This document shows, piece after piece, positions 19,469 to 28,980 of a DNA stretch of 64,000 nucleotides. A program made the translations under genes and the position numbers. The notes under the pieces are model-generated. The model had not been told where the DNA came from. It saw only the letters and a list, made by a program, of their open reading frames with translations, and did not search any database. The stretch lies in sequence record OQ446694.1. One strand, given 5' to 3'. The stretch comes from Escherichia phage Killian. How positions within the stretch are numbered: position 1 is the stretch's first letter; each line of letters opens with the position of its first letter.

Positions 19469-19640
19469 TACAATTTCCTCGTTAATTGAACATTGGAGCG
19501 ATGCGTTTCAGAAGAGTAGCAGCACCTTTGGCAAATTTTCCATTTTATTCTCCAAGTTATTTTCTGTATCAGTAGTTGATATTGATATAGTACCATAATC
19601 AACTACTGATGTATATAGTTTTATGAAAAAATTTTAAACT

Positions 19641-20138
19641 TTATGCATAGCGAGCTTTGCTATAGTGTTTAATCCAACTTTCAGGAATGACTTTGTATGT
19701 TCCTAAAAATACCGCGTTGTACAACTTAACGCCATCTTCTACCCATTGATCGGTAATGTATGCACACATAGCACGAGTACGACGTTTTTGAACAACCCCT
19801 TCTTCATCTTCGGTAAATTCAAATTCATAAGGAGCGACGAACTTAATAGCTTGACCGAGTTTCCACTTAAAGTCTACACCTACATGCGAAGTATCAATCG
19901 TTTCAATTCCTTTGGCAGGAACAGCTTTCAAAAACGCAGATTCAAGAAATTTCGCGCGAACATAGCCAAACTGGGGTTTAGACTTTCCATCTTTAGGAAT
20001 GATACGCACTTTTACTTCAGAATCTTCATCTTTAACGCCGTGTTTAAGCTGAATGCTTACAACTTCAACCAATTTTCCTGCTGCTTTAGAACGGGATTTA
20101 TCAGATACACGAGCAATTTCGCCAATATTAATAATCAT
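19641..20138 (-). CDS. motB: MotB-like DNA-binding protein (165 aa)
   Basis: Size and position upstream of dexA; basic protein. Confidence 0.6.
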   Translation of the reverse strand: MIINIGEIARVSDKSRSKAAGKLVEVVSIQLKHGVKDEDSEVKVRIIPKDGKSKPQFGYVRAKFLESAFLKAVPAKGIETIDTSHVGVDFKWKLGQAIKFVAPYEFEFTEDEEGVVQKRRTRAMCAYITDQWVEDGVKLYNAVFLGTYKVIPESWIKHYSKARYA

Positions 20139-20183
20139 AGTTATCTCTCACTTGTTAAAAAGATTTTATACTCCACAGAACCA

Positions 20184-20211
20184 TTATACTCTGGTCCCAA
20201 GAGTTTGTAAA
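20184..20211 (-). promoter_or_regulatory. Early sigma70-type promoter upstream of motB
   Basis: Minus strand TTTACA-17 nt-TATAAT. Confidence 0.55.
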
Positions 20212-20214
20212 CTA

Positions 20215-20754
20215 TTAATTCAAAATAGCTACCACTGCACTACGAGGTACTACACTAAAATCACCTGCATGAACAACGTTCAGAAGTTCAACACCATCTT
20301 CAATCCACTGGTCTGTTACCCAACCACAGACCGAAATAAATGGGGTCTTGATAGCTACAGCACGAGTTAGAAGGTCAGTAGGATCGCATTCTTGGAAGAG
20401 GATAAGCTCTGCTTCAAAGACTATAGTTTTAATTACTTCATCATTATCTAAGCGTTGTGCTCGAATCACATAAGCTTTATTCTTATCATGCCAATTACTT
20501 TTTGAAAAACTTTTAACCACAAACTCGCCTTCACCAAAAACACTAGTCAATGCTTTATAACCCAAATCTAGTTCAGTAGTTTTAATTTCAGTTTCAACCA
20601 GTTTGTAGATTTTGCCGATTTCAATAGCGGTAGTCATAGTAGGTTCCTTAATTTCCAGTGGTTTAACAGGGCATACATAAGTGCTTACAACATCAAAATC
20701 AATCAGTTTAGCTACCGGATTTGGTGTGTATTCAGGATTATAATTAAATTTCAT
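20215..20754 (-). CDS. MotB paralog (179 aa)
   Basis: C-terminus TDQWIEDGVELLNVVHAGDFSVVP aligns with motB C-terminus TDQWVEDGVKLYNAVFLGTYKVIP. Confidence 0.6.
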   Translation of the reverse strand: MKFNYNPEYTPNPVAKLIDFDVVSTYVCPVKPLEIKEPTMTTAIEIGKIYKLVETEIKTTELDLGYKALTSVFGEGEFVVKSFSKSNWHDKNKAYVIRAQRLDNDEVIKTIVFEAELILFQECDPTDLLTRAVAIKTPFISVCGWVTDQWIEDGVELLNVVHAGDFSVVPRSAVVAILN

Positions 20755-20756
20755 AA

Positions 20757-21257
20757 TTATCTCATTTCAATAAAATCTATAAGTTCAGCATGGGATTTAC
20801 GGAACATTACTTGATGTCCGCCAATGATAACTTGGTCATCTGGCACTTCGTATACAGCAAGATAAAATCCTTTAGAAGATAATTCTTCACGCTCTTCTCG
20901 TGTGAACCATCTCATCATATCATATTCACTAGCGAAAGCAAAATGATAAAGAGCTATAAACCATCCTGGAATATGATATTCTACTCCAACATAATCTTTC
21001 TTGAACTTAGTATTAATTACTATATTAGCGTTTTTAACTAATAGTTTATCTTCATGTGGTACAGGAATTCTTTTATTATCATCGCTATGATGCATAAAAT
21101 TAGGTCTACTATAACCTACACGTAATAGCCACTCTTCGCTCCATGAATCTATTATACTCCTGTACGGCGTTATTTGAACACAAAGATTTCGACGTATTGT
21201 TATAGCATCTTCACAATCAAGAATACTAAACGATGATTCAACACGATAAATTTTCAT
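20757..21257 (-). CDS. Hypothetical protein (166 aa)
   Basis: ORF track trimmed from TTG to ATG with SD GAGGA; promoter lies just upstream. Confidence 0.5.
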   Translation of the reverse strand: MKIYRVESSFSILDCEDAITIRRNLCVQITPYRSIIDSWSEEWLLRVGYSRPNFMHHSDDNKRIPVPHEDKLLVKNANIVINTKFKKDYVGVEYHIPGWFIALYHFAFASEYDMMRWFTREEREELSSKGFYLAVYEVPDDQVIIGGHQVMFRKSHAELIDFIEMR

Positions 21258-21284
21258 TTTATTATCCTCAGTAGCTATGGTGTT

Positions 21285-21314
21285 ATAATACCACAACTAA
21301 CCGAGGAAGTAAAC
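21285..21314 (-). promoter_or_regulatory. Early sigma70-type promoter
   Basis: Minus strand GTTTAC-18 nt-TGgTATTAT. Confidence 0.5.
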
Positions 21315-21320
21315 AACTTT

Positions 21321-22004
21321 TTATCGTTTTGTTGGAAGAGATAGAGGATCGCACTCTTCCTCTGACGGAGCATCTTCAAGACCCATAGCATATCGCAAAG
21401 CATACTTCATCATCAGGATGTCTTTCGCACAATCATGAATAGAATCATGCGCAACGAATCCGTCTAAAGTTCCCTTTGGAAGAGGACATGTGGTCATATC
21501 ACGAACAAGCAGAAGTGCTTCAATTCTGGTACGAATATCACGCTGATTCCAGAATTTACATGGTTCTAACTTAAATGTATCAAGCTCATTCTCAGAAACG
21601 CCGTTAAAACGTTGAATATCGCGAATGAGATCAACTAAAATTGGAAAATCAAACGACATTCCACGGCACCAGCCTTGAGATTTCCAAGGATCGATGTTAT
21701 GTGCATTGATGTAATCATTAAATTTTGCAATACCATCGATAGTGCTTACATCTTCATCTGACGGCGCAATATTTTTTCGAGCTTCAGGAGATTGATTTTT
21801 CCACCATTCGATAGTGCTTTTAGTAAAAAGACGATGTCCTTTTTGGCTTTTTAAATCAAACTTGATTTTAATGCCGCGTGAAACTAATTCATCAAATGTT
21901 TCAACTACTTCTGGATTAGGGTCAAAGGCAATAACAGCTAAGTCAATAACAGCTGCTTTTTCACCGCTTCCCATTGTTTCAAAATCTATAATAAAATCAA
22001 ACAT
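21321..22004 (-). CDS. dexA: Exonuclease A DexA (227 aa)
   Basis: 227 aa; DEDD-type exonuclease motifs (FDFETMG, HDSIHD); synteny with dda. Confidence 0.85.
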   Translation of the reverse strand: MFDFIIDFETMGSGEKAAVIDLAVIAFDPNPEVVETFDELVSRGIKIKFDLKSQKGHRLFTKSTIEWWKNQSPEARKNIAPSDEDVSTIDGIAKFNDYINAHNIDPWKSQGWCRGMSFDFPILVDLIRDIQRFNGVSENELDTFKLEPCKFWNQRDIRTRIEALLLVRDMTTCPLPKGTLDGFVAHDSIHDCAKDILMMKYALRYAMGLEDAPSEEECDPLSLPTKR

Positions 22005-22246
22005 TAAATTTTCCTCGCTAAATCGCGAATTTGACCTACAGTATAATCTTGGATATAAACTTTATTAATGGGCTCATCAATAAATTTTGCCATAGATTCA
22101 ATATCTTTTTGTATTTCTTCAAGACTGTATACTATCTTTAAAGCTTTTTCACGAATAGTAACATTATCAGGTCCTGGATTTTCTTGAATGACAGCTTTAA
22201 CATTTGCCATAAGAGATTTAAACTGATGCAAACTTAATTCAATCAT
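22004..22246 (-). CDS. Hypothetical protein (80 aa)
   Basis: ORF track trimmed from GTG to internal ATG; start uncertain. Confidence 0.35.
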   Translation of the reverse strand: MIELSLHQFKSLMANVKAVIQENPGPDNVTIREKALKIVYSLEEIQKDIESMAKFIDEPINKVYIQDYTVGQIRDLARKI

Positions 22247-22499
22247 TAATAACCGCCTTATAAAGATGGCTAATTTCACCTAAAACATAATCACTGATTG
22301 TAACAGTTTTCACTTCACCGCAAAAGAATTCTAACGCAATCAAATCTCGTTCAATTTCTTCCAATTGAAACATTAACTTGCCTGATTCAATTTTTACATT
22401 TGTACGATTTTTACTATAAGCTATTTCATAAATTTCGCTCACTTTATCTTGAAGCAGATAAAACTGGTCTTTAGTTATTTCCACGAATAGCTTCCTCAA
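22239..22499 (-). CDS. Hypothetical protein (86 aa from TTG; start uncertain)
   Basis: ORF track; neither the TTG nor the internal ATG has a convincing SD. Confidence 0.3.
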   Translation of the reverse strand: MRKLFVEITKDQFYLLQDKVSEIYEIAYSKNRTNVKIESGKLMFQLEEIERDLIALEFFCGEVKTVTISDYVLGEISHLYKAVIND

Positions 22500-22731
22500 A
22501 TTTAATTAGTAATTTACAGACACTTTCATCTAATGTAATTACCGTGTCTGTATTACTGTGATATGATTGTTTTTCAATTCGTTTAATTGCTAGTATAGTA
22601 TCACTTATAAGATTAAGCTTATAAAGGAGCTCAGCTCCTGTTACCATAACACTGAGGTTATCTTGCTTATCAGTATGCTTCTTTATACCATCTATTAGAC
22701 GATTTAAATATTTTGAATTGATGTTAATCAT
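22471..22731 (-). CDS. Hypothetical protein (86 aa)
   Basis: ORF track, ATG start. Confidence 0.5.
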   Translation of the reverse strand: MININSKYLNRLIDGIKKHTDKQDNLSVMVTGAELLYKLNLISDTILAIKRIEKQSYHSNTDTVITLDESVCKLLIKFEEAIRGNN

Positions 22732-22737
22732 ATATCC

Positions 22738-24057
22738 TCACACATAAAACACATCATAACGACCACGAGTGACACCAACATAAAGAAGCTGCTGAGCCAA
22801 TTCAGCGTCTGCATAATGAATACAAGGCGTATAGATGAAAGCACGATCTACAGACATGCCCTGAGCTTTGTGGAATGTTGATGCAGGAAGTGCTTTCACT
22901 TTACTAAACTGTGATTTAGCATCCCAAAAATCACTCCACGGAGCTTTTCCACCTTTATTCCAATTTTTATAAGTTTCTGCCGTTTTACCTAAAAATAAGT
23001 TAAACTTATACAGCTCTTCATCAGATGAAATTATTTTAATCTTTTCACGATAATATTCATCATCGCCGTAAGTTTCTACTGTTAAATCCCAATGACGAAT
23101 TAGATATTCTCCAGGAACACCACGAGCTTTAACAAATGTTGATGTATACTCTGCTTCTATAATACGAACTAATTGTCCGTTATTAAAAATAATTTCTGAC
23201 ACAGGCTTTCCATCAATTTTATATGTTTTAATTAATGGTTCCTGCATTACAATAATTTCACCAACGATAAAATCTTTATCAGTTTCAAAAATCTTTTTGC
23301 GAATAATGCTATTTAACTTATCAACGGATTTATTCGTAAATGCCATTACGCGATTTTCAAACAAATCGTCTAGTGATTTTACGATTGAAAAATAATTTAC
23401 CATAAAATCGCGTAAAGCGGTATCACCAGTAAATCCACGTACTCCATGGCCGTCAACAACTTTATCATAAATCCACTTACCGTTGCGAACATCAGTAGCT
23501 ACATCAATAATAGGAGCATTACTACGTTTAACTTCAGTGAGTTCACACTGATAAAAATCTTTATGTGTAAAGAATGGACTGATATAAGCAGTGTTTTCTC
23601 CTGGGTCAACAGGTCTAATTTGCTTATTATCCCCTATTCCAATTATAGTACACCATGGCGGGATAGTTGAAAGTAGAATTTTGAATAGCTTTCTATCATA
23701 CATTGACACTTCGTCGCAGATTAATACTCTGCATTTAGCTAAATCCGGTACTTCTTTTTGTTCAAAAAGAACGTTTTCTTCATATGTTACTGGGTTAATT
23801 TTAAGAATACTGTGAATAGTACTCGCTTCTTTCCCTGATAGTTTTGAAAGAATCTTTTTAGCTGCATGTGTAGGAGCTGCTAAAATAATGCCAGTTTCGC
23901 CCGTAGATATTAAGGCTTCAATGATGAACTTAGTAAGAGTAGTCTTACCAGTACCAGCAGGTCCATTAATAGTTACATGATGTTTCTTTTCTTTAATAGC
24001 CCTCATAACGATGTTAAAGGCATTTTTCTGGCCTTCGGTCAAATCATCAAATGTCAT
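22738..24057 (-). CDS. dda: Dda DNA helicase (439 aa)
   Basis: MTFDDLTEGQKNAFNIVMRAIKEKKHHVTINGPAGTGKTT...; SF1B helicase Walker A/B; matches T4 Dda. Confidence 0.95.
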   Translation of the reverse strand: MTFDDLTEGQKNAFNIVMRAIKEKKHHVTINGPAGTGKTTLTKFIIEALISTGETGIILAAPTHAAKKILSKLSGKEASTIHSILKINPVTYEENVLFEQKEVPDLAKCRVLICDEVSMYDRKLFKILLSTIPPWCTIIGIGDNKQIRPVDPGENTAYISPFFTHKDFYQCELTEVKRSNAPIIDVATDVRNGKWIYDKVVDGHGVRGFTGDTALRDFMVNYFSIVKSLDDLFENRVMAFTNKSVDKLNSIIRKKIFETDKDFIVGEIIVMQEPLIKTYKIDGKPVSEIIFNNGQLVRIIEAEYTSTFVKARGVPGEYLIRHWDLTVETYGDDEYYREKIKIISSDEELYKFNLFLGKTAETYKNWNKGGKAPWSDFWDAKSQFSKVKALPASTFHKAQGMSVDRAFIYTPCIHYADAELAQQLLYVGVTRGRYDVFYV

Positions 24058-24365
24058 CGTAAATTCCCTGCAATTGGTATACTAACAATACGCCCAGTAT
24101 CTAAAATTCGCCGATATAATCTTTGTGTGTCTACATCAGGCTTAACACGTTTAACTTCTATTTTATTAAACCAAAACTTGCGTGGAGTCTCAACTAATCT
24201 CGGAATTCCCATACCTAAAGCTAGTCGATACTGCTCTTTAAGAGTAGTAAATACTTTATCAGCAATCTCCCTTTCAAAAAATACAGCAGGGCGATGTTCA
24301 TCAAGCGGAACTGGCGCCGTAAATCCATCTTTATCTCTATAAACTATCGCATATACATAAAACAT
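24054..24365 (-). CDS. Hypothetical protein (103 aa), dda.1 position
   Basis: ORF track, ATG start. Confidence 0.5.
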   Translation of the reverse strand: MFYVYAIVYRDKDGFTAPVPLDEHRPAVFFEREIADKVFTTLKEQYRLALGMGIPRLVETPRKFWFNKIEVKRVKPDVDTQRLYRRILDTGRIVSIPIAGNLR

Positions 24366-24366
24366 A

Positions 24367-25113
24367 TTATCCTCGGATAAGTTTAAAAATTGAACAATTT
24401 AGCGGGTATCCTCTTTTCAGTTTAAGTTTATCAATAAAAGACAAGTTTTGATACCGCTCTACACCTTGAATAATTTTATCACACATATCATATTGCATTT
24501 CTGCTTCTGACAACTTTTTCACAGTTTTCCAATCCGAGCCTTTAAGAAGAACGTTCAATTTAACAACTTCAGTTCCTTCTGCTATACGAGAACCATCAAT
24601 ACGAGCTTTGAGTGCTACAATCGTTAGCTTAACGTCAGAGGTCTGTTTTGATTTAGAAAGCTGAGAAATGTGCTCAATTCGGTTTTCACGTTTTTTCTGT
24701 ATAGCTTTAATTTGATTATAAGTCTTTTTGATTTTAGCCCATTTCTTTTCATCTAAATTTAGTTTATGAACTTTTTTCGCAGATGAACGACCAATTCGCA
24801 AAGCAAATAAATCACGCTTTTCAATCAACTCTTCTAAAGTATAATCAGAACGAAATGTATTGTACTTTTTCTTTACTGCAATAACATTCCCTTTAATGTA
24901 TCCAACGTTATTATCAAAACGTTCTAATGATAATTTCTCTCCTTCAATACGATTATCAAAAGGTTCTCCCGAGTAAGCGCAAACTTTCTGATCTAAAATG
25001 TTCTTAATGTAATTGAAGTCTAAGTTAAAATCTTTAGAACGTCTTTTAGCAGATGCCTGAGTGTGCTCTAGACGACGTGTAATTTTACGAATTTGATTTT
25101 TAGACAGTTTCAT
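24367..25113 (-). CDS. srd: Srd-like protein (248 aa)
   Basis: Size and position between dda and modA as for T4 srd; basic, lysine-rich. Confidence 0.45.
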   Translation of the reverse strand: MKLSKNQIRKITRRLEHTQASAKRRSKDFNLDFNYIKNILDQKVCAYSGEPFDNRIEGEKLSLERFDNNVGYIKGNVIAVKKKYNTFRSDYTLEELIEKRDLFALRIGRSSAKKVHKLNLDEKKWAKIKKTYNQIKAIQKKRENRIEHISQLSKSKQTSDVKLTIVALKARIDGSRIAEGTEVVKLNVLLKGSDWKTVKKLSEAEMQYDMCDKIIQGVERYQNLSFIDKLKLKRGYPLNCSIFKLIRG

Positions 25114-25143
25114 ATTTTTCTCACGGACGGGTTAACTACTTAT

Positions 25144-25173
25144 ACTATAACATTTTTACTTCAGTTTGTAAAC
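25144..25173 (-). promoter_or_regulatory. Early sigma70-type promoter
   Basis: Minus strand GTTTAC-17/18 nt-TATAGT. Confidence 0.5.
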
Positions 25174-25229
25174 AACTTTATGAAAAATGCTTTAAAACTT
25201 TCGTGGTATAATGAATCTAAGTCCTTCCA

Positions 25230-25832
25230 TTATAGATTAAATCCTTCAAAATCAAGAGTATAGATAGTGTATGTTGAATACTTTTTATACTCGTATCTAT
25301 CCGCAATTCTAAATACACTTCCAGCTGGTATCATTACTTCTTGTTCATCTGAAACTAATTCCATATTACGATAACGATGGCTATCCGGAAATTTAAAACT
25401 CGGGCTATATTCTTTACAACGTAAAGCTTTTATAGCATACTCCTGGAAATTAAACACCATAGGAGCTTTGAATTCAAAAATAACTTGTGTATTGTATTCT
25501 AATCCAGAAGCAAAATGTAGAGCTATATTTTTATCATATGAAGCTGATACTACTTTATCAAATGTAATAATATCAATTCCTTGATTTAACACCTGTTTAG
25601 TCTCAACTGGAACACCTCTCCAAAGAGGTTTATCGTTTGGTTCCAAACGAGATTTGATTATTTCATTTAACCAAGAATGATCGTCTGGCTTATTAGTAAT
25701 ACAATGAATTAAAAGTTCAATTTCAGATAAATTAAATCCTTCGGAAAGTAATTCTTCACGAATAGAAGCACGCACGGATGCATCCATTGATTTGATTTTA
25801 AAATCTTTTAATTGCATTGCTGAATATTTCAT
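25230..25832 (-). CDS. modA: ADP-ribosyltransferase ModA (200 aa)
   Basis: 200 aa, adjacent paralog of the 207-aa modB; size and synteny as in T4. Confidence 0.8.
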   Translation of the reverse strand: MKYSAMQLKDFKIKSMDASVRASIREELLSEGFNLSEIELLIHCITNKPDDHSWLNEIIKSRLEPNDKPLWRGVPVETKQVLNQGIDIITFDKVVSASYDKNIALHFASGLEYNTQVIFEFKAPMVFNFQEYAIKALRCKEYSPSFKFPDSHRYRNMELVSDEQEVMIPAGSVFRIADRYEYKKYSTYTIYTLDFEGFNL

Positions 25833-26452
25833 TCAACTACCTCAATATCATACACTTTAAATGTTCCAAATGAATCATGTAATTTTTCTTTTGAAATAGA
25901 AGTTATTTTATACTTTCCAATTGGAATCATCCATTCTTGTTCACGCACAATCATCATTAAGTTATCAGTACGTTCTGAATCTAATCCATCAGTATCTTCA
26001 TATGTATACTTAAACTCAGTATTAGGAGAAGAAAGTATAATATCACTGATATGGTCAGAATAATTAAAAGCTTTATCAGTTTTTAAGCGAAATATTATTT
26101 CAGTGGAATATTCAACATAAGAAAAACCACATGCTGTGTGCAAACTAGTAGTAAATGAATCTACTCTGTTCGTTGAAAACACTTCTCCGATTTGTAAATC
26201 TTTAATGAGTTCTTTTGTCGATTTTGATATACCACGATATAGCTGATAAGGCGATTTAGTTAAATGCTTTTTAACGATTTTATTCAACTGCTGATGAAGA
26301 GCTTCATTCTTTTTGGCTTCCATACATTGCCAAAGAATTGACTGTTCAAAGTCAGTAAATTTTTCACAGACCTTTTTATACATATCATATTGAAAATCGA
26401 CACTTTCAGCTTTTATAGATAACTGTTCAACATCTGCAAGATTAATAATCAT
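25829..26452 (-). CDS. modB: ADP-ribosyltransferase ModB (207 aa)
   Basis: 207 aa; overlaps modA start by 4 nt; synteny. Confidence 0.8.
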   Translation of the reverse strand: MIINLADVEQLSIKAESVDFQYDMYKKVCEKFTDFEQSILWQCMEAKKNEALHQQLNKIVKKHLTKSPYQLYRGISKSTKELIKDLQIGEVFSTNRVDSFTTSLHTACGFSYVEYSTEIIFRLKTDKAFNYSDHISDIILSSPNTEFKYTYEDTDGLDSERTDNLMMIVREQEWMIPIGKYKITSISKEKLHDSFGTFKVYDIEVVE

Positions 26453-26478
26453 GATAGCCTCCGTATACTTCAGAAGCT

Positions 26479-26508
26479 ATCATATCATTGTTAGGAAGGA
26501 AAGTAAAC
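26479..26508 (-). promoter_or_regulatory. Early sigma70-type promoter upstream of modB
   Basis: Minus strand GTTTAC-18 nt-TATGAT. Confidence 0.5.
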
Positions 26509-26519
26509 AACTTTTTGAA

Positions 26520-26702
26520 TTATTTTGCCCAGGGAGCCCAAGGCGGAGGGTCAAGATGGTATGAAGCTAGTTCTTCTAGAAGAGCATCTGGGGCTTCAAT
26601 TCCATAATTCTGTAATACTATACGGTACTCTTTCTTATAATCACTAGAATCATTCTGGATATTCGTAGAATGATTATCTTCTAACATCTCAAATAAATCC
26701 AT
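26520..26702 (-). CDS. Hypothetical acidic protein (60 aa)
   Basis: ORF track, ATG start. Confidence 0.45.
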   Translation of the reverse strand: MDLFEMLEDNHSTNIQNDSSDYKKEYRIVLQNYGIEAPDALLEELASYHLDPPPWAPWAK

Positions 26703-26710
26703 ATTAATTC

Positions 26711-27193
26711 CTAGCGATAAAAACCAAAATAACGATTAGCTTCAATAATCTTTCTTTCTTCTTCAGATATTCTCCAGCGTAGTCCAACATCAAAATGAGC
26801 CCAGACCATCTTAACAAATGCATTTATATCTTTAATATCTTCAATAATGAATGTTTTACTTTTAGAAGGTTGACCTGCTAAATTAAGTGCTAATTTAACG
26901 TTATCATCTTCAAACAGGTCAAAAAGACCATATTCATGAGCTCTTTTATATCCTTTAATAGTTAAAGCTTCAGAAGAAGAAAACGGTGAATCAGTATTCT
27001 GCAAAATATCTTCAGTATGCTTTATAATTAGAATAACATTTTCTGGATATTTTCTTTCTTTTATATCTTTAATTAAAATATCCGGATTTTCTGCTAAAGG
27101 AATAATTAATGAGCACTTTTTATCAAGTGTATTTACTGATTTACCTTCTTTAGACATAAATTCTATTGAATAATGTTTTGCTACTTCAATCAT
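26711..27193 (-). CDS. Hypothetical protein (160 aa), mrh region
   Basis: ORF track, ATG start; lies in the modB-soc interval where T4 carries mrh. Confidence 0.5.
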   Translation of the reverse strand: MIEVAKHYSIEFMSKEGKSVNTLDKKCSLIIPLAENPDILIKDIKERKYPENVILIIKHTEDILQNTDSPFSSSEALTIKGYKRAHEYGLFDLFEDDNVKLALNLAGQPSKSKTFIIEDIKDINAFVKMVWAHFDVGLRWRISEEERKIIEANRYFGFYR

Positions 27194-27338
27194 GTGATTT
27201 CCTCTTGCCTACTAATGGGCCGTCAGGAATTTTGTTTTCCTGAATGTATTTCTCATTTTCTTCCATCATTTTACTGCCAATTTTAAGAAGCAAATCCATT
27301 GCTTCATTTGCTTTAGCTTTAGCCTCTTCTAACGTCAT
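27186..27338 (-). CDS. Small hypothetical protein (50 aa)
   Basis: Hand translation [21 protein letters not shown]... Confidence 0.35.
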   Translation of the reverse strand: MTLEEAKAKANEAMDLLLKIGSKMMEENEKYIQENKIPDGPLVGKRKSHD

Positions 27339-27346
27339 ATCTCTGT

Positions 27347-27550
27347 TCACGATTTATCCCCATAGATGTCTCTCATCAATTTAAGCGCTGAGCGTTCTAA
27401 TTTCTTTTCTTTCTCAGCAGCAATCATTGATTTCATCCATTCTTCTGATTCGTTCTGCATTTCTTTATTTGCTTGTTCAACCCAACCATCGTCAATATAC
27501 ATTGAGTTTGGTCTACTGAACCATTCAAGCATTTTCTTCAGAACTTTCAT
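27347..27550 (-). CDS. Hypothetical protein (67 aa)
   Basis: ORF track, ATG start. Confidence 0.45.
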   Translation of the reverse strand: MKVLKKMLEWFSRPNSMYIDDGWVEQANKEMQNESEEWMKSMIAAEKEKKLERSALKLMRDIYGDKS

Positions 27551-28010
27551 TTGTTTTACCTAAAACAACAGTAGGAGCATCATCAAATTCATGAATTTTT
27601 AGCAAATTTGGATGTAAACTATTCCACACAGAAGAAATAAAGTATGATAAAGCATCTTCACTTGCAATTATAAATTTATTTCCTTTATCTATTTTCCAAC
27701 TATATACTGAATCATACGAATAAAAAGATAAAGGTTTATCATTATATTGTTCTGCGCTAACATTAATGTATTCTGATTTAGTAAATGCTTCAATTGCTCT
27801 AAACGGAATATTTGGCACAGTTTCAATAATACCAATCTTTTTAAGTTTTATTTCAGCATCTTCTGGAACTGGCATTGAAACGAAATTTTCTACGAGATAC
27901 ATTGGGTCACAATAACCCTTATCAATCATTACTGCTACGGTAATTGGAACGTCTTTAGCAAACGACAAACTATTACTGCTAATATACATTTCAAACAAAA
28001 TCGCTTCCAT
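27525..28010 (-). CDS. Hypothetical protein (161 aa), mrh region
   Basis: ORF track trimmed from TTG to ATG with SD GAGGA. Confidence 0.5.
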   Translation of the reverse strand: MEAILFEMYISSNSLSFAKDVPITVAVMIDKGYCDPMYLVENFVSMPVPEDAEIKLKKIGIIETVPNIPFRAIEAFTKSEYINVSAEQYNDKPLSFYSYDSVYSWKIDKGNKFIIASEDALSYFISSVWNSLHPNLLKIHEFDDAPTVVLGKTNESSEENA

Positions 28011-28018
28011 AATTTTCC

Positions 28019-28357
28019 TCAATCACAAGATGTAGATGAACAACTAGAATCACAAGAACTTCCACACGAATCGCCTGCCCATACATGAACAGGAACATTA
28101 GTGTCATATGAATCAGAACTAGACTGTGTATTCTGCGTATTAGATGATGTAGGTGTTGACCAGCGCCAAGGATTTTTATAATATTCTTGGGCTTCTTCAT
28201 AAGTCATAGTAACTGCTTCTACTGTTCCATCTCCCATATAAACATATTCAACTACAGTTAAAGGAAGGTAGTCATTTGAAATAGGAACTACACCTTCTCC
28301 GGGAGTTGTAGAGAAAAAATCCGTAAAGAAACTTTTAAACCAATTAAAGATAAACAT
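28019..28357 (-). CDS. Hypothetical protein with Cys/Ser-rich C-terminal tail (112 aa)
   Basis: C-terminus [18 protein letters not shown] read from ORF track; ATG start. Confidence 0.5.
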   Translation of the reverse strand: MFIFNWFKSFFTDFFSTTPGEGVVPISNDYLPLTVVEYVYMGDGTVEAVTMTYEEAQEYYKNPWRWSTPTSSNTQNTQSSSDSYDTNVPVHVWAGDSCGSSCDSSCSSTSCD

Positions 28358-28563
28358 TACAAAAAGCCTCTCTTGAATTCAACTTGCTTCTCACCATAAT
28401 CATATCGAATCTCTGCATTAAATTCGACAGAACCATCTGCGTACATCATAAATGAATGTACAACAACTTCTGTAGACCATGGCTGTAGTTCATATTTCTT
28501 CATTACATGTCGTGAAATGATAATATCTAAATCTTCATTTGGTTTAATCCAACGATTTAACAT
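28357..28563 (-). CDS. Hypothetical protein (68 aa)
   Basis: ORF track, ATG start. Confidence 0.5.
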   Translation of the reverse strand: MLNRWIKPNEDLDIIISRHVMKKYELQPWSTEVVVHSFMMYADGSVEFNAEIRYDYGEKQVEFKRGFL

Positions 28564-28589
28564 AGTGCTCTCCTCTATAAGATAATTTT

Positions 28590-28619
28590 ATTATACCATA
28601 CTCATTTTGGAAAGTAAAC
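28590..28619 (-). promoter_or_regulatory. Early sigma70-type promoter (consensus -10)
   Basis: Minus strand GTTTAC-18 nt-TGgTATAAT, directly downstream of the soc terminator. Confidence 0.55.
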
Positions 28620-28633
28620 CAGTAAAATGAAAA

Positions 28634-28655
28634 AAGGACTCCCGAAGGAGTCCTT
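28634..28655 (-). terminator. Rho-independent terminator after soc
   Basis: GGACUCC-UUCG-GGAGUCC hairpin followed by UUUUCAUUUU on the minus strand. Confidence 0.65.
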
Positions 28656-28661
28656 GAATTA

Positions 28662-28907
28662 TTAACCACCAGTTACTTTCCACAAATCTTCGTTTGCAGC
28701 AATCCATGCATCACGTTGATTTTCTTCGTATACAGTAGTATATGCTGCTTTTTCTGAAGGGAATATCTGGTAATGAGCACCAGAAATTTTGTGAACGTCA
28801 GAATAAAGAGGGAAAGCTACAGAAATTTCTTTTCCTTCAATTTTCTTATTTCCATCTAATTTCTGCTCAAATGTTTTAATATTAACATAACCGCGAGTAC
28901 TAGCCAT
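28662..28907 (-). CDS. soc: Small outer capsid protein Soc (81 aa)
   Basis: MASTRGYVNIKTFEQKLDGNKKIEGKEISVAFPLYSDVHKISG... matches T4 Soc as recalled. Confidence 0.93.
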   Translation of the reverse strand: MASTRGYVNIKTFEQKLDGNKKIEGKEISVAFPLYSDVHKISGAHYQIFPSEKAAYTTVYEENQRDAWIAANEDLWKVTGG

Positions 28908-28980
28908 GTAATTCTCCTTTTATTTAAATTACATGACTATTTATAATAAATTCTCACAGCTTTTAAGCCGTCGTTTATAT

